NCBI GenBank assembly: GCA_046156285.1
Contig: JAZNCB010000047.1
Span: 1 to 32,710 of the forward strand
Length of the DNA stretch: 32,710 bases
DNA from: Eubacteriales bacterium
GTDB lineage: Bacteria > Bacillota > Clostridia > Oscillospirales > CAG-272
Direction of reading: 5' to 3'
The notes under the pieces are model-generated. The model saw nothing but the letters and a program-made list of their open reading frames with translations. It did no database searches and was not told where the DNA came from. The translations under genes and the position numbers were made by a program. Below are positions 1 through 9,640 of the stretch, piece by piece; position 1 is the first letter of the stretch; every line of letters starts with the position of its first letter.

Positions 1-171
1 AAGACCGCTTGGCCTCCGACTTTATTCGGCGAAGAGCTTGAATGCTCGTCTGTCGAGTTCCTCGGCAACTACCCCGCAAAGATAAATCTTCTTTACGAAA
101 ACGGGGCTGTCCGCGGATTTGAAACCGAGATAAGACAAAGAGAGTCTATGCTCTTTAAGCTTATAAAATAA
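1..171 (+). CDS. 3' end of an upstream gene (C-terminal 56 aa, product unknown)
   Basis: Frame +1 is open from the window edge to TAA at 169-171 (...VEFLGNYPAKINLLYENGAVRGFETEIRQRESMLFKLIK*). Codon usage resembles neighbouring genes and a terminator hairpin follows. It is absent from the ORF track because it has no start codon. Confidence 0.4.
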   Translation, partial: KTAWPPTLFGEELECSSVEFLGNYPAKINLLYENGAVRGFETEIRQRESMLFKLIK

Positions 172-222
172 AAGCAACATAAAAAAGAATTCACAAAATT
201 CCAACACTAATTTTGCAAAAAA

Positions 223-281
223 AGAGCAGAACTTTTAGCGTGATTTGTCCGTTAAGGACGTCTCGTTAAAAGCTCCGCTCT
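223..281 (-). terminator. Intrinsic terminator of the hexuronate operon (usable in both directions)
   Basis: A 15-bp outer stem pairs AGAGCAGAACTTTTA (223-237) with TTAAAAGCTCCGCTCT (266-281). The two mismatches are A-C on the plus strand but G-U on the minus strand, so the hairpin is more stable on the minus transcript. T-runs flank it on both sides. Confidence 0.6.
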
Positions 282-359
282 TTTTTCTTTTTAAGTTTAC
301 CGTATTATGCGCCATTTCAGTGTCAGAAGGTTATTTTAAGCGCCTTTTACATTGACACG

Positions 360-1268
360 TTAAAGCGCTGACTGTGTATCATTCGGGTCGCCGTTAAGTG
401 CAAAATAGTATTCCTGCGACCAATCGAGTCCACGGTATGCCGCAGCACGCTCGTCGTTTTCGATAAACTCCATAAGTAAGTCGAGCATTTCCTTGGTCCA
501 GGTGTTTTTATCAATCTGCGCCGTGGTAAACTTGTTTTGGCTTATCATTTCAAATCCGAAAAGGTCTTTTACCTGCGTTTTTGCCGCGCCTCCGACAACC
601 TCTTCGACAAGGTGCGATGGAATGAAGAGCACTCCGCCGCCCGCTCCGAATACAACGTCACCCGGTAAGCATACGGCATTGCCTATACGTGTCGTGGTAT
701 TGTATCCCGTCATAATGAAATCACGAATGGGGGTTGGGTCAATGCCTCTGTAATAAACCTGCGTGTTTTCTACCTTATGCATTTGCTCGGTATCACGCAC
801 ACCGCCCCAGATAACAGCTCCGCCGTTTTCATTCTTCGTCTTGTTTTTAAGTGCGGTAGTCAGATTTCCGCCAAGAAACGTACCCTTATAAATCTTGTCG
901 TACATATCAATAACCGGAACGTCGTATTCCATAAGATTATCGATAACCCATTGGTTATATGTACCCGTTCTTCCCTCGTTTTTTCCCAATTCTTTGGTAT
1001 AGGCGTCAAGGTCTGGGCGGTAAGGGCAATAGGTTGCCGTCACAGCACGTCCTATCAGCTTTCTGCCGTCGTTGTGCAAGGTCTGAAGGCGTCCTTCAAA
1101 CTGGCTTTCATACCCTTTAACGAATATAGGCTTCCATACCTCCTCAAGAGTCAAGGTGCGGAGCGCTTTCAGGTATTTTTCGTCTACCTTAGGTCTGCCG
1201 TCCGGAAGTCTTTCTCCCTTCCACATAGGAGTGAGTGCGATTATTTCTTCTCTGTCATTGAATTTCAT
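360..1268 (-). CDS. RraA-like / class II aldolase family protein (302 aa, longer than typical RraA)
   Basis: RraA-family motifs are present: GGAVIWGGVRD and GDVVFGAGGGVLFIP. The RBS AGGTGG lies upstream. The start is 3 nt after the GH39 stop. Confidence 0.7.
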   Translation of the reverse strand: MKFNDREEIIALTPMWKGERLPDGRPKVDEKYLKALRTLTLEEVWKPIFVKGYESQFEGRLQTLHNDGRKLIGRAVTATYCPYRPDLDAYTKELGKNEGRTGTYNQWVIDNLMEYDVPVIDMYDKIYKGTFLGGNLTTALKNKTKNENGGAVIWGGVRDTEQMHKVENTQVYYRGIDPTPIRDFIMTGYNTTTRIGNAVCLPGDVVFGAGGGVLFIPSHLVEEVVGGAAKTQVKDLFGFEMISQNKFTTAQIDKNTWTKEMLDLLMEFIENDERAAAYRGLDWSQEYYFALNGDPNDTQSAL

Positions 1269-1270
1269 TT

Positions 1271-2755
1271 TTATACCACCTGTATTAAATAAGTTGAATT
1301 TGGTGTGAGCTTTATCTCCACCGGTTTTCCGTTGTATTCAATATCTGAAATAGGCTTAAGTCTGCCTTCCTCGCGAAGAATTTTTTTCTCTTCGTCATTT
1401 GGGAATCTAACTCCCATTTTCATTGCAAGACGGTAGGGGTTCGTTGTGCTTTTGTCTATGCAATATACCTTAAGATTTTTACCTGCGAGATTTTCGTCAA
1501 AGCAAACCGCCTCGGTATATTCGGGTATGTCCTCCTCAAAGTTTTGCGACGAGTAGGAAATCAACACCGAATATTCGCCTCTCTCGTTTTTCGTCGGCAC
1601 GACGGCGAGATTTTCGTTTTCGGTCTTGCAGGAGAGGAGCTTGTCGCAAAGTCTTGATGCCATAAGATGAGCGTTGTATATCGGCTTTGCGAAATCGTTA
1701 AGCGTAAAAAAATTGCGGAAGCCCGAAAAATCCTCGGTCATTTCGTGCTGACCCGAGAGGCATATCATAAGCTTTGAAAGATTAGGCGCAACCTCTATAA
1801 GTCTTTTTATAAGCTTTGCGTAATATGCCGAGAAAACCTCGTTCTCTCTTGCTATAAATTGCGGGCACTCCTCGATATTGTAATACCCGTAAGCCGACAT
1901 ACCCCATTCGTCAACGACGATTTCTCTGTCAGAAAATCCGACCGATTTAATAACGTCAAGATAGACGTTATATTTTCCTATATGGTTTTCTACGTCAAAG
2001 CGCCTCTCGCCGCTTGAAATAAGCTCGGGGTCTGTACCTGCGTAGTTATGAATTGCGATATAATCAAGCCTTAAATTCTTTTCCTTTACGTACTCGAGGA
2101 ACTTCCTTAAAAATTCGGCAATGTGCGAAAGAGCGGGCCCGCCGATTTTAAGACTTTCACTGGCACGAAGAATGCCCGTGGCAAATGCCTCGTAAAGCTT
2201 GCAATACTCTGCAACGCGCGCATTTATTTCGGTTTTTGGAATGTTGTAGCAAAAGAAGCTTCTCACGTCGGGCTCGTTAAAGCAATGAAGATACCAGCGT
2301 GAAACCGTCTCTATACCGAATTTTTCGATATTGTGCTTCGTGTACTCGTAGCAAATCTCTTCCCAGAGCGAGTAGTCCTTTGGCGGCATTGTGTTCCACA
2401 TTTTGCCCTTATATCGAACCTTGCCCTTGGATACCGACGTCTTAAACTCCGTCGACTGCGAAATACAGTCGGGAATACCGCTATAAGATATTACGAGGTC
2501 GTACCCGTTTTCTACAAGATATGAAAGCCTCGTGTCGCTCACTCTGAAGTCGTATTTTAACTCTCCCTCTTCTCCGAGGTATACGATATCCTCAAGCATT
2601 GCGTAAACACGGACGGATTTTATTGCCTTGTCTTTTGCAATTCTGTCAAGAATCCGCTTGCCCCAAGAATCCTCAATAGCATCGGTGGGGTGAAAAAGGC
2701 ATCCGCTCCAGAAGTTTTTCTGACGTCTTATGACACTATTTTCTATTTTAATCAT
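1271..2755 (-). CDS. Glycoside hydrolase family 39-like (beta-xylosidase / alpha-L-iduronidase family)
   Basis: By eye it is collinear with Thermoanaerobacterium XynB: PPKDY..W, HCFNEPD (acid/base region, WNEPN-like), IGGPA and VDEWG (nucleophile region, ITEYN-like). The RBS is AAGGAG. Confidence 0.7.
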   Translation of the reverse strand: MIKIENSVIRRQKNFWSGCLFHPTDAIEDSWGKRILDRIAKDKAIKSVRVYAMLEDIVYLGEEGELKYDFRVSDTRLSYLVENGYDLVISYSGIPDCISQSTEFKTSVSKGKVRYKGKMWNTMPPKDYSLWEEICYEYTKHNIEKFGIETVSRWYLHCFNEPDVRSFFCYNIPKTEINARVAEYCKLYEAFATGILRASESLKIGGPALSHIAEFLRKFLEYVKEKNLRLDYIAIHNYAGTDPELISSGERRFDVENHIGKYNVYLDVIKSVGFSDREIVVDEWGMSAYGYYNIEECPQFIARENEVFSAYYAKLIKRLIEVAPNLSKLMICLSGQHEMTEDFSGFRNFFTLNDFAKPIYNAHLMASRLCDKLLSCKTENENLAVVPTKNERGEYSVLISYSSQNFEEDIPEYTEAVCFDENLAGKNLKVYCIDKSTTNPYRLAMKMGVRFPNDEEKKILREEGRLKPISDIEYNGKPVEIKLTPNSTYLIQVV

Positions 2756-2770
2756 ACAAAACTCCTTATG

Positions 2771-3553
2771 TCAGATTTTCAAATCATCATATCTTTCGAT
2801 GCGGTCAAAGGACTTAGATACCGTTCGGGCATCACGCCTTACGACACCCTGTTTTCCCTTTGCAAGAACAAGCTCGCACATATCGGTTCTATAGTAGGTT
2901 ATATCCACCGTATACGGCGCATCAAGCGTGTAAAGGCCGACCGACTTATAATTTGCTATTGCTTCCTTGACACACTCTCTCGTTATTTCATCGGCATTCT
3001 CGTAGTCGGTAGAGTAGTTTCTCTCTTTTGCAGCCTTGACAGCGCCGGTGTATATCGTGGGGTTATACTCCTTTGCCTGACGGCACGCAGCTGCGTCTCC
3101 TATGCAAGCTGCAATAGGCACGCCGTGGGCCGAGCAAAAAAGGGCGTGCAGCGAGTATTCGCTCATTTCAATCCCGTTGACCTTGTAGCTGAAAATATAA
3201 ACCGATGAGAGCGTGTGGTCAAGAAATCCTCCGATAGTACCCGCTCTTGCGTGAGCGCCTATCTCTATCTGAAGATCTATCTCGCCCGAGATTACAAGCT
3301 CCTGCCACTCTTTAACATCACACTTTATAGCTCGCGGGTCAACCGTATTCTCGTCGATATTTTTACCGCCGCCGTGACCGTCAAGATAATAAACCTTTTC
3401 GATGCCGGCTTCAAATGCCGCCTCGGTGGCAACGTTTATTGCGTGAGCGAGATATCCTCTCGCCTTTTTATATTTCTCACCGTTTCTGTCCATAAATTCT
3501 ATATCGGTTACCCCGGGGATTCCCTCAATGTCGGTAAGTAAGAATAAATTCAT
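2771..3553 (-). CDS. Peptidase M55 (DppA D-aminopeptidase family) protein, 260 aa
   Basis: MNLFLLTDIEGIPGV, DGHGGG and GAHARAGT match B. subtilis DppA landmarks. I moved the start to ATG 3553, which has AAGGAG 5 nt upstream and overlaps the uxuA stop as ATGA, rather than the track start 3568. Confidence 0.7.
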   Translation of the reverse strand: MNLFLLTDIEGIPGVTDIEFMDRNGEKYKKARGYLAHAINVATEAAFEAGIEKVYYLDGHGGGKNIDENTVDPRAIKCDVKEWQELVISGEIDLQIEIGAHARAGTIGGFLDHTLSSVYIFSYKVNGIEMSEYSLHALFCSAHGVPIAACIGDAAACRQAKEYNPTIYTGAVKAAKERNYSTDYENADEITRECVKEAIANYKSVGLYTLDAPYTVDITYYRTDMCELVLAKGKQGVVRRDARTVSKSFDRIERYDDLKI

Positions 3554-4509
3554 ATAAGCTCCTTGCACTTCGCGGACTCGTAAAGTCCCTTCATATATCC
3601 TATTGCGTAAAGTCTTCCAAGAGCATCGTAACCGGGAAGTGTCGAAGCCTCGCCCGGCATTGTGGGCACGTGGTCAACTCTTATCGGCACGTTGATTCCA
3701 AGCTCAACGTAAAGCTTCATAAGGCGAGCCATATCAAGCTCTCCGTTATCGTGATAGGTTTCTCTGAAACGTTCAGGCACGCCCGTCGTATTACGGAAAT
3801 GAACCATAAATATTTTATCACGAAGCTCACGAACGACCTCGCAAACGTCCTCGCCCATTATGTGATAGTTTGCCTGACACATGGTGATGCCGAGGCTCTC
3901 GCTACGGACTACATCGCAGACCGCCTTTTTGATATTTTTCTTGCTTATCATTATGCGCTCAACGTCGCCAAGGCGAGGCACGGGCGGGTCGTCGGGGTGA
4001 AGTCCGAGCTTTATTTCGTATTTTTCAGCCTCGGGCACTACCGCCTTTACGAAATACTCGTAGTTATCCCAAAGCTTCTCTGCGGTGATTTTTTTATCGG
4101 TCGGAACGAAGTCTGCCATATTGAATTCTGTTACACGGGCGCCGCCTCGTTCTATATAATCACTCGAGGTGCGAAGCCAGCCTATATGCGCCATAAAGTT
4201 AAAGCAAATGGTATCAATGCCGAATTTTCGCATTATCGGAAACATTTTTATAACCTCGGCGATAGACTCGTCACGCTTCTCGTCGCCGATTTTTATATGG
4301 TCGTGGAGCGAGTTTGGCATTGGCTCTATTGCTACGGGCGTTATGCCGAAATCGGTAAAGCGCTTTACGACGCTCTCCCAATGTGAAACGTCGCTATGCG
4401 AAAACTCGGAATTTTCGGGAAGTCTTATTACGCCGTGTGATATACCAGACTGTACTCCGAAATCCCAGGTTGCATCGTGCTCGCTTCTAAAATAATCGGT
4501 TAAAATCAT
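3550..4509 (-). CDS. uxuA: Mannonate dehydratase
   Basis: CFNFMAHIGWLRT, LHPDDPPVPRLG, MVHFRNT and RVDHVP...LPGYDALGRL align with the E. coli UxuA motifs YNFMPVLDWTRT, VHPDDPPRP, THLRST and RPDHG...NPGYSAIGRL. The start overlaps the SDR stop (TGATG). Confidence 0.85.
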   Translation of the reverse strand: MILTDYFRSEHDATWDFGVQSGISHGVIRLPENSEFSHSDVSHWESVVKRFTDFGITPVAIEPMPNSLHDHIKIGDEKRDESIAEVIKMFPIMRKFGIDTICFNFMAHIGWLRTSSDYIERGGARVTEFNMADFVPTDKKITAEKLWDNYEYFVKAVVPEAEKYEIKLGLHPDDPPVPRLGDVERIMISKKNIKKAVCDVVRSESLGITMCQANYHIMGEDVCEVVRELRDKIFMVHFRNTTGVPERFRETYHDNGELDMARLMKLYVELGINVPIRVDHVPTMPGEASTLPGYDALGRLYAIGYMKGLYESAKCKELI

Positions 4510-5351
4510 CAGACGCCTCCAAGTGTTAAGAATCCGCCGTCAATCGGGATAGTCGCTCCCGTTACGAAGCCTGCGTTTTCCTCGGAAAGAAGCCACATAA
4601 CGCAACCGATAAGGTCGCCCGCAACTCCAAAGCGTCCCATAGGCGTATGAGAAATTACGCTCTCGCCTCTTTTGGTCAAGCCGTCCTCAACCGTACCGAG
4701 ATAGTTTTTGCTTCTCTCGTTTACCATAAAGCCGGGAGCTATTGCGTTAATTCTTATATTTGCAGGCGCAAAGTACGCTGCAAACGACTGTGTAAGATTT
4801 ACAACCGCCGCCTTGCTCATAGCGTATGCAAAGCAACGCGTCAAGGGACAGTAGCTATTCATTGATGCGAAGTTGATAACCGATCCGCCGCCTTTTTTTG
4901 CCATCTGTCTTGCAAATTCAAGGGTAGGAATAACCGTACCCATAGTGTTTATATCAAGCACGCTCTTGAATGCGTCCATATCGATATTGTAAATTCCGCG
5001 CTCACCCTCGGGAAGCTCGCCCGAAAGCTCTCGCTCATCAAACCTCGTTATTGAGGGCATTGCCTTTTGGTTGTTTCCGCCTGCGCCGTTGATAAGATAG
5101 TCACAGCCGCCAAGCTCCTCGACGCTTTTTGCAAGAGCAGCAACCGATGCGGAATCGGTGACGTCACAAGGATAAATAATAGGCTCGACACCGCCCTTTT
5201 CCTTGATTTTCTCCGCTGTTTTAATAAGCTTATCCTCGCTTCTGCCTACGAGAAAAACCTTTGCGCCCCAACACGCAAGAGCTAATGCAATTTCAGAGCA
5301 AAGAGTGCCGCCCGCACCCGTAACGACCGCTATTTTATTTTCAAGCATCAT
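4509..5351 (-). CDS. uxuB: Short-chain dehydrogenase/reductase, probable SDR-type D-mannonate (fructuronate) oxidoreductase
   Basis: It has the TGAGGTLC Rossmann motif and an SDR Y..K region (YAMSKAA), and is about 280 aa. It sits between uxaC and uxuA, as YjmF-type UxuB does in Firmicutes. Confidence 0.65.
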   Translation of the reverse strand: MMLENKIAVVTGAGGTLCSEIALALACWGAKVFLVGRSEDKLIKTAEKIKEKGGVEPIIYPCDVTDSASVAALAKSVEELGGCDYLINGAGGNNQKAMPSITRFDERELSGELPEGERGIYNIDMDAFKSVLDINTMGTVIPTLEFARQMAKKGGGSVINFASMNSYCPLTRCFAYAMSKAAVVNLTQSFAAYFAPANIRINAIAPGFMVNERSKNYLGTVEDGLTKRGESVISHTPMGRFGVAGDLIGCVMWLLSEENAGFVTGATIPIDGGFLTLGGV

Positions 5352-5352
5352 A

Positions 5353-6633
5353 TCAAATTCCCAACCTATTCTTTATATTTTCATAACATATTTTCTTGAT
5401 TATACTTCCGGCTGTTTCTTCCGACAACTCCCAATTCTCGCTCTTATTTTTTTCGGCAAGCCAAGAACAGAGTATTCTTCGGAAATAGTCGTGCCTTACA
5501 AAAGAAAGAATGCTTCTCGAATCGGTTGTCATACCGATAAACTGTGAAAGAAGTCCAAAAGAGGCTATACAGTCAAGCGAGTGTCTGATTCCCATGGGGT
5601 GATCGCACCACCACCATGCAGGACCGAGCTGCACCTTGCCGCCTACACCGTCCTCGGAAAACGAGCCCTCCATTACCGCAAGAGCCGCCGCATCGGTCAT
5701 ATTGAGTGAGAAAAGCACGGTTTTCGGAAGTCCGCCGCCCCTCTCCATTTCGCCGAGCATATCGCAAAGCGCAGAAATATCAAAGCTGTTTCCTACCGCC
5801 GCATATCCTCCTGCCGCACCGGCAAGAGTGCGGAGCCTGTCGCTCGTCTTGCGTTTTGCTCCGAGGTGTAAAAGAAGTGTCCAGCCACGCTTTGCATATT
5901 CCCCTGCGAGAAGAACGAGCATTTTTACAGCGTCCTTGCTACCGTCGAAAAATCCGTCATCAAGAGCGTGGTCGGCAATCCTGCATCCAAGAGCGGAAAA
6001 CTCGTCAAGAAGCACCGAGACCGCAGAAATATACGATTCGTTGTCGGTTATCTTAATTTTACTTTTTGCTTCAAGAGAAGCCTTTAATTCAGCGCTTGGC
6101 AAAAGAAGACTGTCACCGCGAAGCGACGGTGATATTTTACCGCCTATAAAGGCGGAGAGATCACCCGTAATTTCAGCAACGGGCGACTGATACTCTACGT
6201 TAAATTTTGCGAGAATTTCGTTGTTTGAAAAACCTTTAGCTGAAAGCTGTTTTTCGGTTTTTTCAAAAATTTCTCTTGCATTTTCTGCCGAGAGAGACTC
6301 ATCTATTCCAAACACGAGCGAAAGCTCCATTCTCGACCAATCATATACGGGCGTGCCGGCAAGAAGAGGAAAAATCTCGCAAAATTTCTCGAATTTCTCA
6401 AAATCCGTCGCTTCACCCGTTATGTATTTTTCAGGCACGCCCGACATTCTCATAAGTCTGTGCTTATACGGGTCGGGTGCGAGCCATAGCTCGGTTATGC
6501 TATTGTATTTACGGTCAGAACCGATATCCTCAACCGACAAATGATTGTGATAATCTATTATGGGTAATCCATTTGCGTATTTTTCGTAAAGACGGAACGC
6601 TTCCTTGCTTGTCAATAAATAATTCTTTTTCAT
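5353..6633 (-). CDS. uxaC: Glucuronate (uronate) isomerase
   Basis: PIIDYHNHL, DPYKHRLMR, GPAWWWCDH, LLSQFIGMTTDSRSILSFVRHDYFRRILC match E. coli UxaC landmarks. It is somewhat shorter (426 aa) than E. coli UxaC. Confidence 0.85.
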   Translation of the reverse strand: MKKNYLLTSKEAFRLYEKYANGLPIIDYHNHLSVEDIGSDRKYNSITELWLAPDPYKHRLMRMSGVPEKYITGEATDFEKFEKFCEIFPLLAGTPVYDWSRMELSLVFGIDESLSAENAREIFEKTEKQLSAKGFSNNEILAKFNVEYQSPVAEITGDLSAFIGGKISPSLRGDSLLLPSAELKASLEAKSKIKITDNESYISAVSVLLDEFSALGCRIADHALDDGFFDGSKDAVKMLVLLAGEYAKRGWTLLLHLGAKRKTSDRLRTLAGAAGGYAAVGNSFDISALCDMLGEMERGGGLPKTVLFSLNMTDAAALAVMEGSFSEDGVGGKVQLGPAWWWCDHPMGIRHSLDCIASFGLLSQFIGMTTDSRSILSFVRHDYFRRILCSWLAEKNKSENWELSEETAGSIIKKICYENIKNRLGI

Positions 6634-6731
6634 CAGGTTTTTACCACCCCTCTATAAAGAATTATAACATTATGTATCATATCCTACAATCACCTATATG
6701 ACATTTTTTAACACTTTTCGATCATTATCTC

Positions 6732-6760
6732 TTGACAATGCCTCGCCGATATGTTACTAT
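6732..6760 (+). promoter_or_regulatory. SigA-type promoter of the AraC gene at 6778
   Basis: TTGACA (6732-6737), a 17-nt spacer, then TACTAT (6755-6760). Confidence 0.5.
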
Positions 6761-6777
6761 TGAGGTGAGGTGATAAT

Positions 6778-7554
6778 ATGGGATATAAATACAGCTTGAA
6801 TATCGACGGCTTTTCTATTGAAAAGATTAATATCTTTTCGGTTTCACGGGAAAAAAATTACAAGCATTCGTTTATGGACGGACGTCCGTGCCACGCCTTC
6901 ATTTATACCGAAAGCGGAAGCATACTTGATGAATTTGCTCATCCGAGGGTTGAGAAAATAGTCGCAGGCAGCGGAACGCTCGTTTTCATACCCAAGGGGA
7001 CGAGGTACTCAGCAACCTACCTTGACGACGAAACAAAATTAAAAACCGTGCAGTTCGAGATAAATACCGGCGCGCTTCCGCCATATCTTTGCACCCCGCA
7101 GAAAATCGAGCTAACGAATGCGAGGGCTGTTATCAATTCCTTCTTCAACGCTATCGAAAATGCGAAAGCAAATCACACATTTCATTACATTTCGCTCCTT
7201 TATGACCTGTTTTGGCAAATAGATACGCAATATAACGGTCTTCCTAAAAAATTTATGCGTCTTGCCGCCGCCCTTGAAGATATATCCGTCTCGCCCGAGA
7301 AAAATGAAAAAATATCCTATTACGCAAATATGTGTTTTATGAGCGAGGTAAATTTCCGAAGGCTTTTCCGAGAATATACCGGAAAATCTCCGATAGAATA
7401 CCGAAACGAATTGCGGCTGAAAAAAGCAAAATCAATGCTTCAAAGCGGAGAATATAACGTTTCTGAATCCGCAGAAGCCACCGGGTTTACAAACCTTTCG
7501 TTTTTCATAAGGCTTTACAAAGAATTTTTCGGTCATACTCCCAAAAAAGAATGA
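6778..7554 (+). CDS. AraC family transcriptional regulator (cupin + HTH)
   Basis: The C-terminal AraC HTH signature is present (FRRLFREYTGKSPIEYRNELRLKKAKSML...GFTNLSFFIRLYKEFFGHTP). It is divergent from the uxaC operon. The RBS is GAGGTGAGG. Confidence 0.85.
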   Translation: MGYKYSLNIDGFSIEKINIFSVSREKNYKHSFMDGRPCHAFIYTESGSILDEFAHPRVEKIVAGSGTLVFIPKGTRYSATYLDDETKLKTVQFEINTGALPPYLCTPQKIELTNARAVINSFFNAIENAKANHTFHYISLLYDLFWQIDTQYNGLPKKFMRLAAALEDISVSPEKNEKISYYANMCFMSEVNFRRLFREYTGKSPIEYRNELRLKKAKSMLQSGEYNVSESAEATGFTNLSFFIRLYKEFFGHTPKKE

Positions 7555-7559
7555 CAAAA

Positions 7560-7583
7560 CCCCCGAGGCGTCTGCCTCGGGGG
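7560..7583. terminator. Bidirectional intrinsic terminator between convergent genes
   Basis: A perfect 10-bp GC-rich stem, CCCCCGAGGC-gtct-GCCTCGGGGG, is flanked by an A-run and a T-rich tract. Confidence 0.7.
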
Positions 7584-7605
7584 TGCTTTAATATAAAAGG
7601 TGTGA

Positions 7606-8673
7606 TTAGTTCTCGATAAGTACTTCTCTGCCCTCTTTTGCGGAAAGGTAAACCGCATCAAGAATCTTCATAAGAGTATAGCCGTCCTCTGCAATCTCGG
7701 AAAGGTCGCGGTCCTCGATGATGGATTCTACGTAGTAGTTGATTTCATTCTCGAAAAGTCCGTCGAATGAAAGTGCGGTAGGCATATTCAACGTAACGTT
7801 TGTGAGGTAGTTGTTTATCTCGGTGTAAAGCTCAAACTCGGGAGAAAGTGCGATACCGCCCTTTGTTCCGTACATTTCAATGCTGTTTCTGCTCTTTGTG
7901 CCGATATGGAGATTGAAGCTTGCCTCAACGTTAAGCACTGCGCCGTTATCAAATCTGATAAGTGCCGTTGCAAAGTCCTCTACGTCGTGCTCAAACTTGC
8001 TCTTTGAGCTTGATACGTAGTTGACCTTGTCTTTGAGGTTTTCTCTCTTTCCCATTGCGTCGTAGGTAGCGCCGTATACGGATACGGGCTTCGGACAACC
8101 CATAAGGTATCTTACGAGGTCGATTACGTGAACGCCAAGGTCAATAAGAGGACCACCGCCCGAACGGGACTTGTCAGCAAACCAGCCGCCGGGGCAACCG
8201 TTTCTTCTGAGGTAGCTTGCCTTTGCAAAATATACGTCACCAACACTGCCGCCGTCGATAAAGTCACGTGCAACTGCCGCATCGTTTCCAAAGCGCCTTA
8301 CAAAGCCGACCATAAGCTTCTTGCCCGCTCTCTTTGAAGCCTCTATCATCTCGCGAGCCTCGTTTGCATTCATAGCCATAGGCTTCTCGCAAAGAACGTG
8401 CTTGCCTGCATCAAGAGCCATAATAGTGCACTTTGCGTGCTCGGAGTTCCAGGTACAAACCGAAACCGCATCAATCTCGGGAAGCTCACGAAGCATAGTA
8501 GCCTCGTCCGTGTAAAGTCTTGTTACTTCAAATCTTTCGCCCTGTCTTTTAAGTCTTTCCTCGTTGATATCGCAAAAAGCGTAAAGCTCAACGTTGGGGT
8601 TCTTCTTATATGCGTTTATGTGGGAAGAAGAAATGCTTCCTACGCCGATAACGGCAACCTTAATTTTTTCCAT
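7606..8673 (-). CDS. Gfo/Idh/MocA family NAD(P)-dependent oxidoreductase
   Basis: N-terminal Rossmann motif KVAVIGVGSISSSH and the EKPMA motif. The RBS is AAGGAG. It starts 25 nt downstream of the TIM-barrel gene. Confidence 0.85.
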   Translation of the reverse strand: MEKIKVAVIGVGSISSSHINAYKKNPNVELYAFCDINEERLKRQGERFEVTRLYTDEATMLRELPEIDAVSVCTWNSEHAKCTIMALDAGKHVLCEKPMAMNANEAREMIEASKRAGKKLMVGFVRRFGNDAAVARDFIDGGSVGDVYFAKASYLRRNGCPGGWFADKSRSGGGPLIDLGVHVIDLVRYLMGCPKPVSVYGATYDAMGKRENLKDKVNYVSSSKSKFEHDVEDFATALIRFDNGAVLNVEASFNLHIGTKSRNSIEMYGTKGGIALSPEFELYTEINNYLTNVTLNMPTALSFDGLFENEINYYVESIIEDRDLSEIAEDGYTLMKILDAVYLSAKEGREVLIEN

Positions 8674-8698
8674 TTTATTATTCTCCTTTATTTATCTA

Positions 8699-9571
8699 TT
8701 AGCCTCTTACTTTAAGGCTGTCAAGAAATTTAACTGCTTTGCTAATGTCTGCCTCAGGAGTTTCGCCAACCTCACGCTCTATTGTAAGATAGCTGTCGTA
8801 GCCAATCTCTTTAAGAGCTGCAAGATATTCGTTCCATTTTACGCTGCCCTCTCCGAGAGGAACTTCGCTGTAATAAATGCCTCTGCCCTGCACCTTTGCA
8901 AGACCGTAGTATCTCGGTGAGTAGAATGCCTTCGTATCAATCTGCTTATACTGAACGCCGTCCTTTGCGTGAGTGTGAACTATGTAGTCGCGAAGATTAT
9001 GAACCGCACGGACAGGGTCGTCACCTGCACACATTATAAGGTTTGCGGGGTCAAGGTTAACGGCAACACCGTTTGAGCCGAGGTTGTCAAGGAAGCCTTT
9101 AAGTCTTTCCGACATTTCAGGACCTGTCTCAACCGCGAAATGACCGTTGATGGATTTCGCATACTCTGCAAGCTCGTAGCATACCTCGTGCATGCTCTCG
9201 TACTGAATGCAGTTTTCTGTTTCGGGAACGACACCGATGTGTGTCGTAACGATATTCGTACCAAGCTCAAGCGCCATATCAAGAAGCGATTTTTCAGCGT
9301 CTATAAGCTCTCTATCCTTGGTATAGTACATATCACAACCGAAGTCACCGCAAATTGCAGAAACCTTGATACCGTTTGCATCAAGAATTTTCTTTGCCTC
9401 GGGAACAGAAACCGATACGTCGCCGATATTAAATCTTTCGGTAAGCGGGTCGTCCCTGCCAATGAGGAACTTCGCGCCTATCTGAACACCGTCAGCGCCT
9501 ACCTCTCTCGCTTTTTCAATAGAAGTTTTGAAGTCGCATCTGAAACTGTCAATAATTACGCCTATTTTCAT
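8699..9571 (-). CDS. Sugar phosphate isomerase/epimerase (xylose isomerase-like TIM barrel)
   Basis: Typical family features are present: MKIGV start, HFAVETGPE, VNLDPANL, HTHAKD, YLTIERE. The RBS is GGAGGA. Confidence 0.8.
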   Translation of the reverse strand: MKIGVIIDSFRCDFKTSIEKAREVGADGVQIGAKFLIGRDDPLTERFNIGDVSVSVPEAKKILDANGIKVSAICGDFGCDMYYTKDRELIDAEKSLLDMALELGTNIVTTHIGVVPETENCIQYESMHEVCYELAEYAKSINGHFAVETGPEMSERLKGFLDNLGSNGVAVNLDPANLIMCAGDDPVRAVHNLRDYIVHTHAKDGVQYKQIDTKAFYSPRYYGLAKVQGRGIYYSEVPLGEGSVKWNEYLAALKEIGYDSYLTIEREVGETPEADISKAVKFLDSLKVRG

Positions 9572-9640
9572 AACTTTCCTCCAATATATCTTAATTTATC
9601 GCTACCTCTATATTAACATAACAAATCGGATTTTGAAATA

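Noticed and set aside
22-207. A 61-aa minus-strand ORF at the left edge
   Set aside because: It has no RBS and a low-complexity hydrophobic N-terminus. It lies antisense to a plus-strand frame that is open from the window edge and ends just before a terminator, so I treat it as a shadow ORF.
5353-6633. Whether uxaC is a truncated pseudogene (426 aa, about 40 aa shorter than E. coli UxaC)
   Set aside because: The ORF is uninterrupted, and both the N-terminal (DYHNHL) and C-terminal (DSRSILSF..RHDYFRRILC) conserved regions are present. The difference looks like internal loop shortening rather than truncation.
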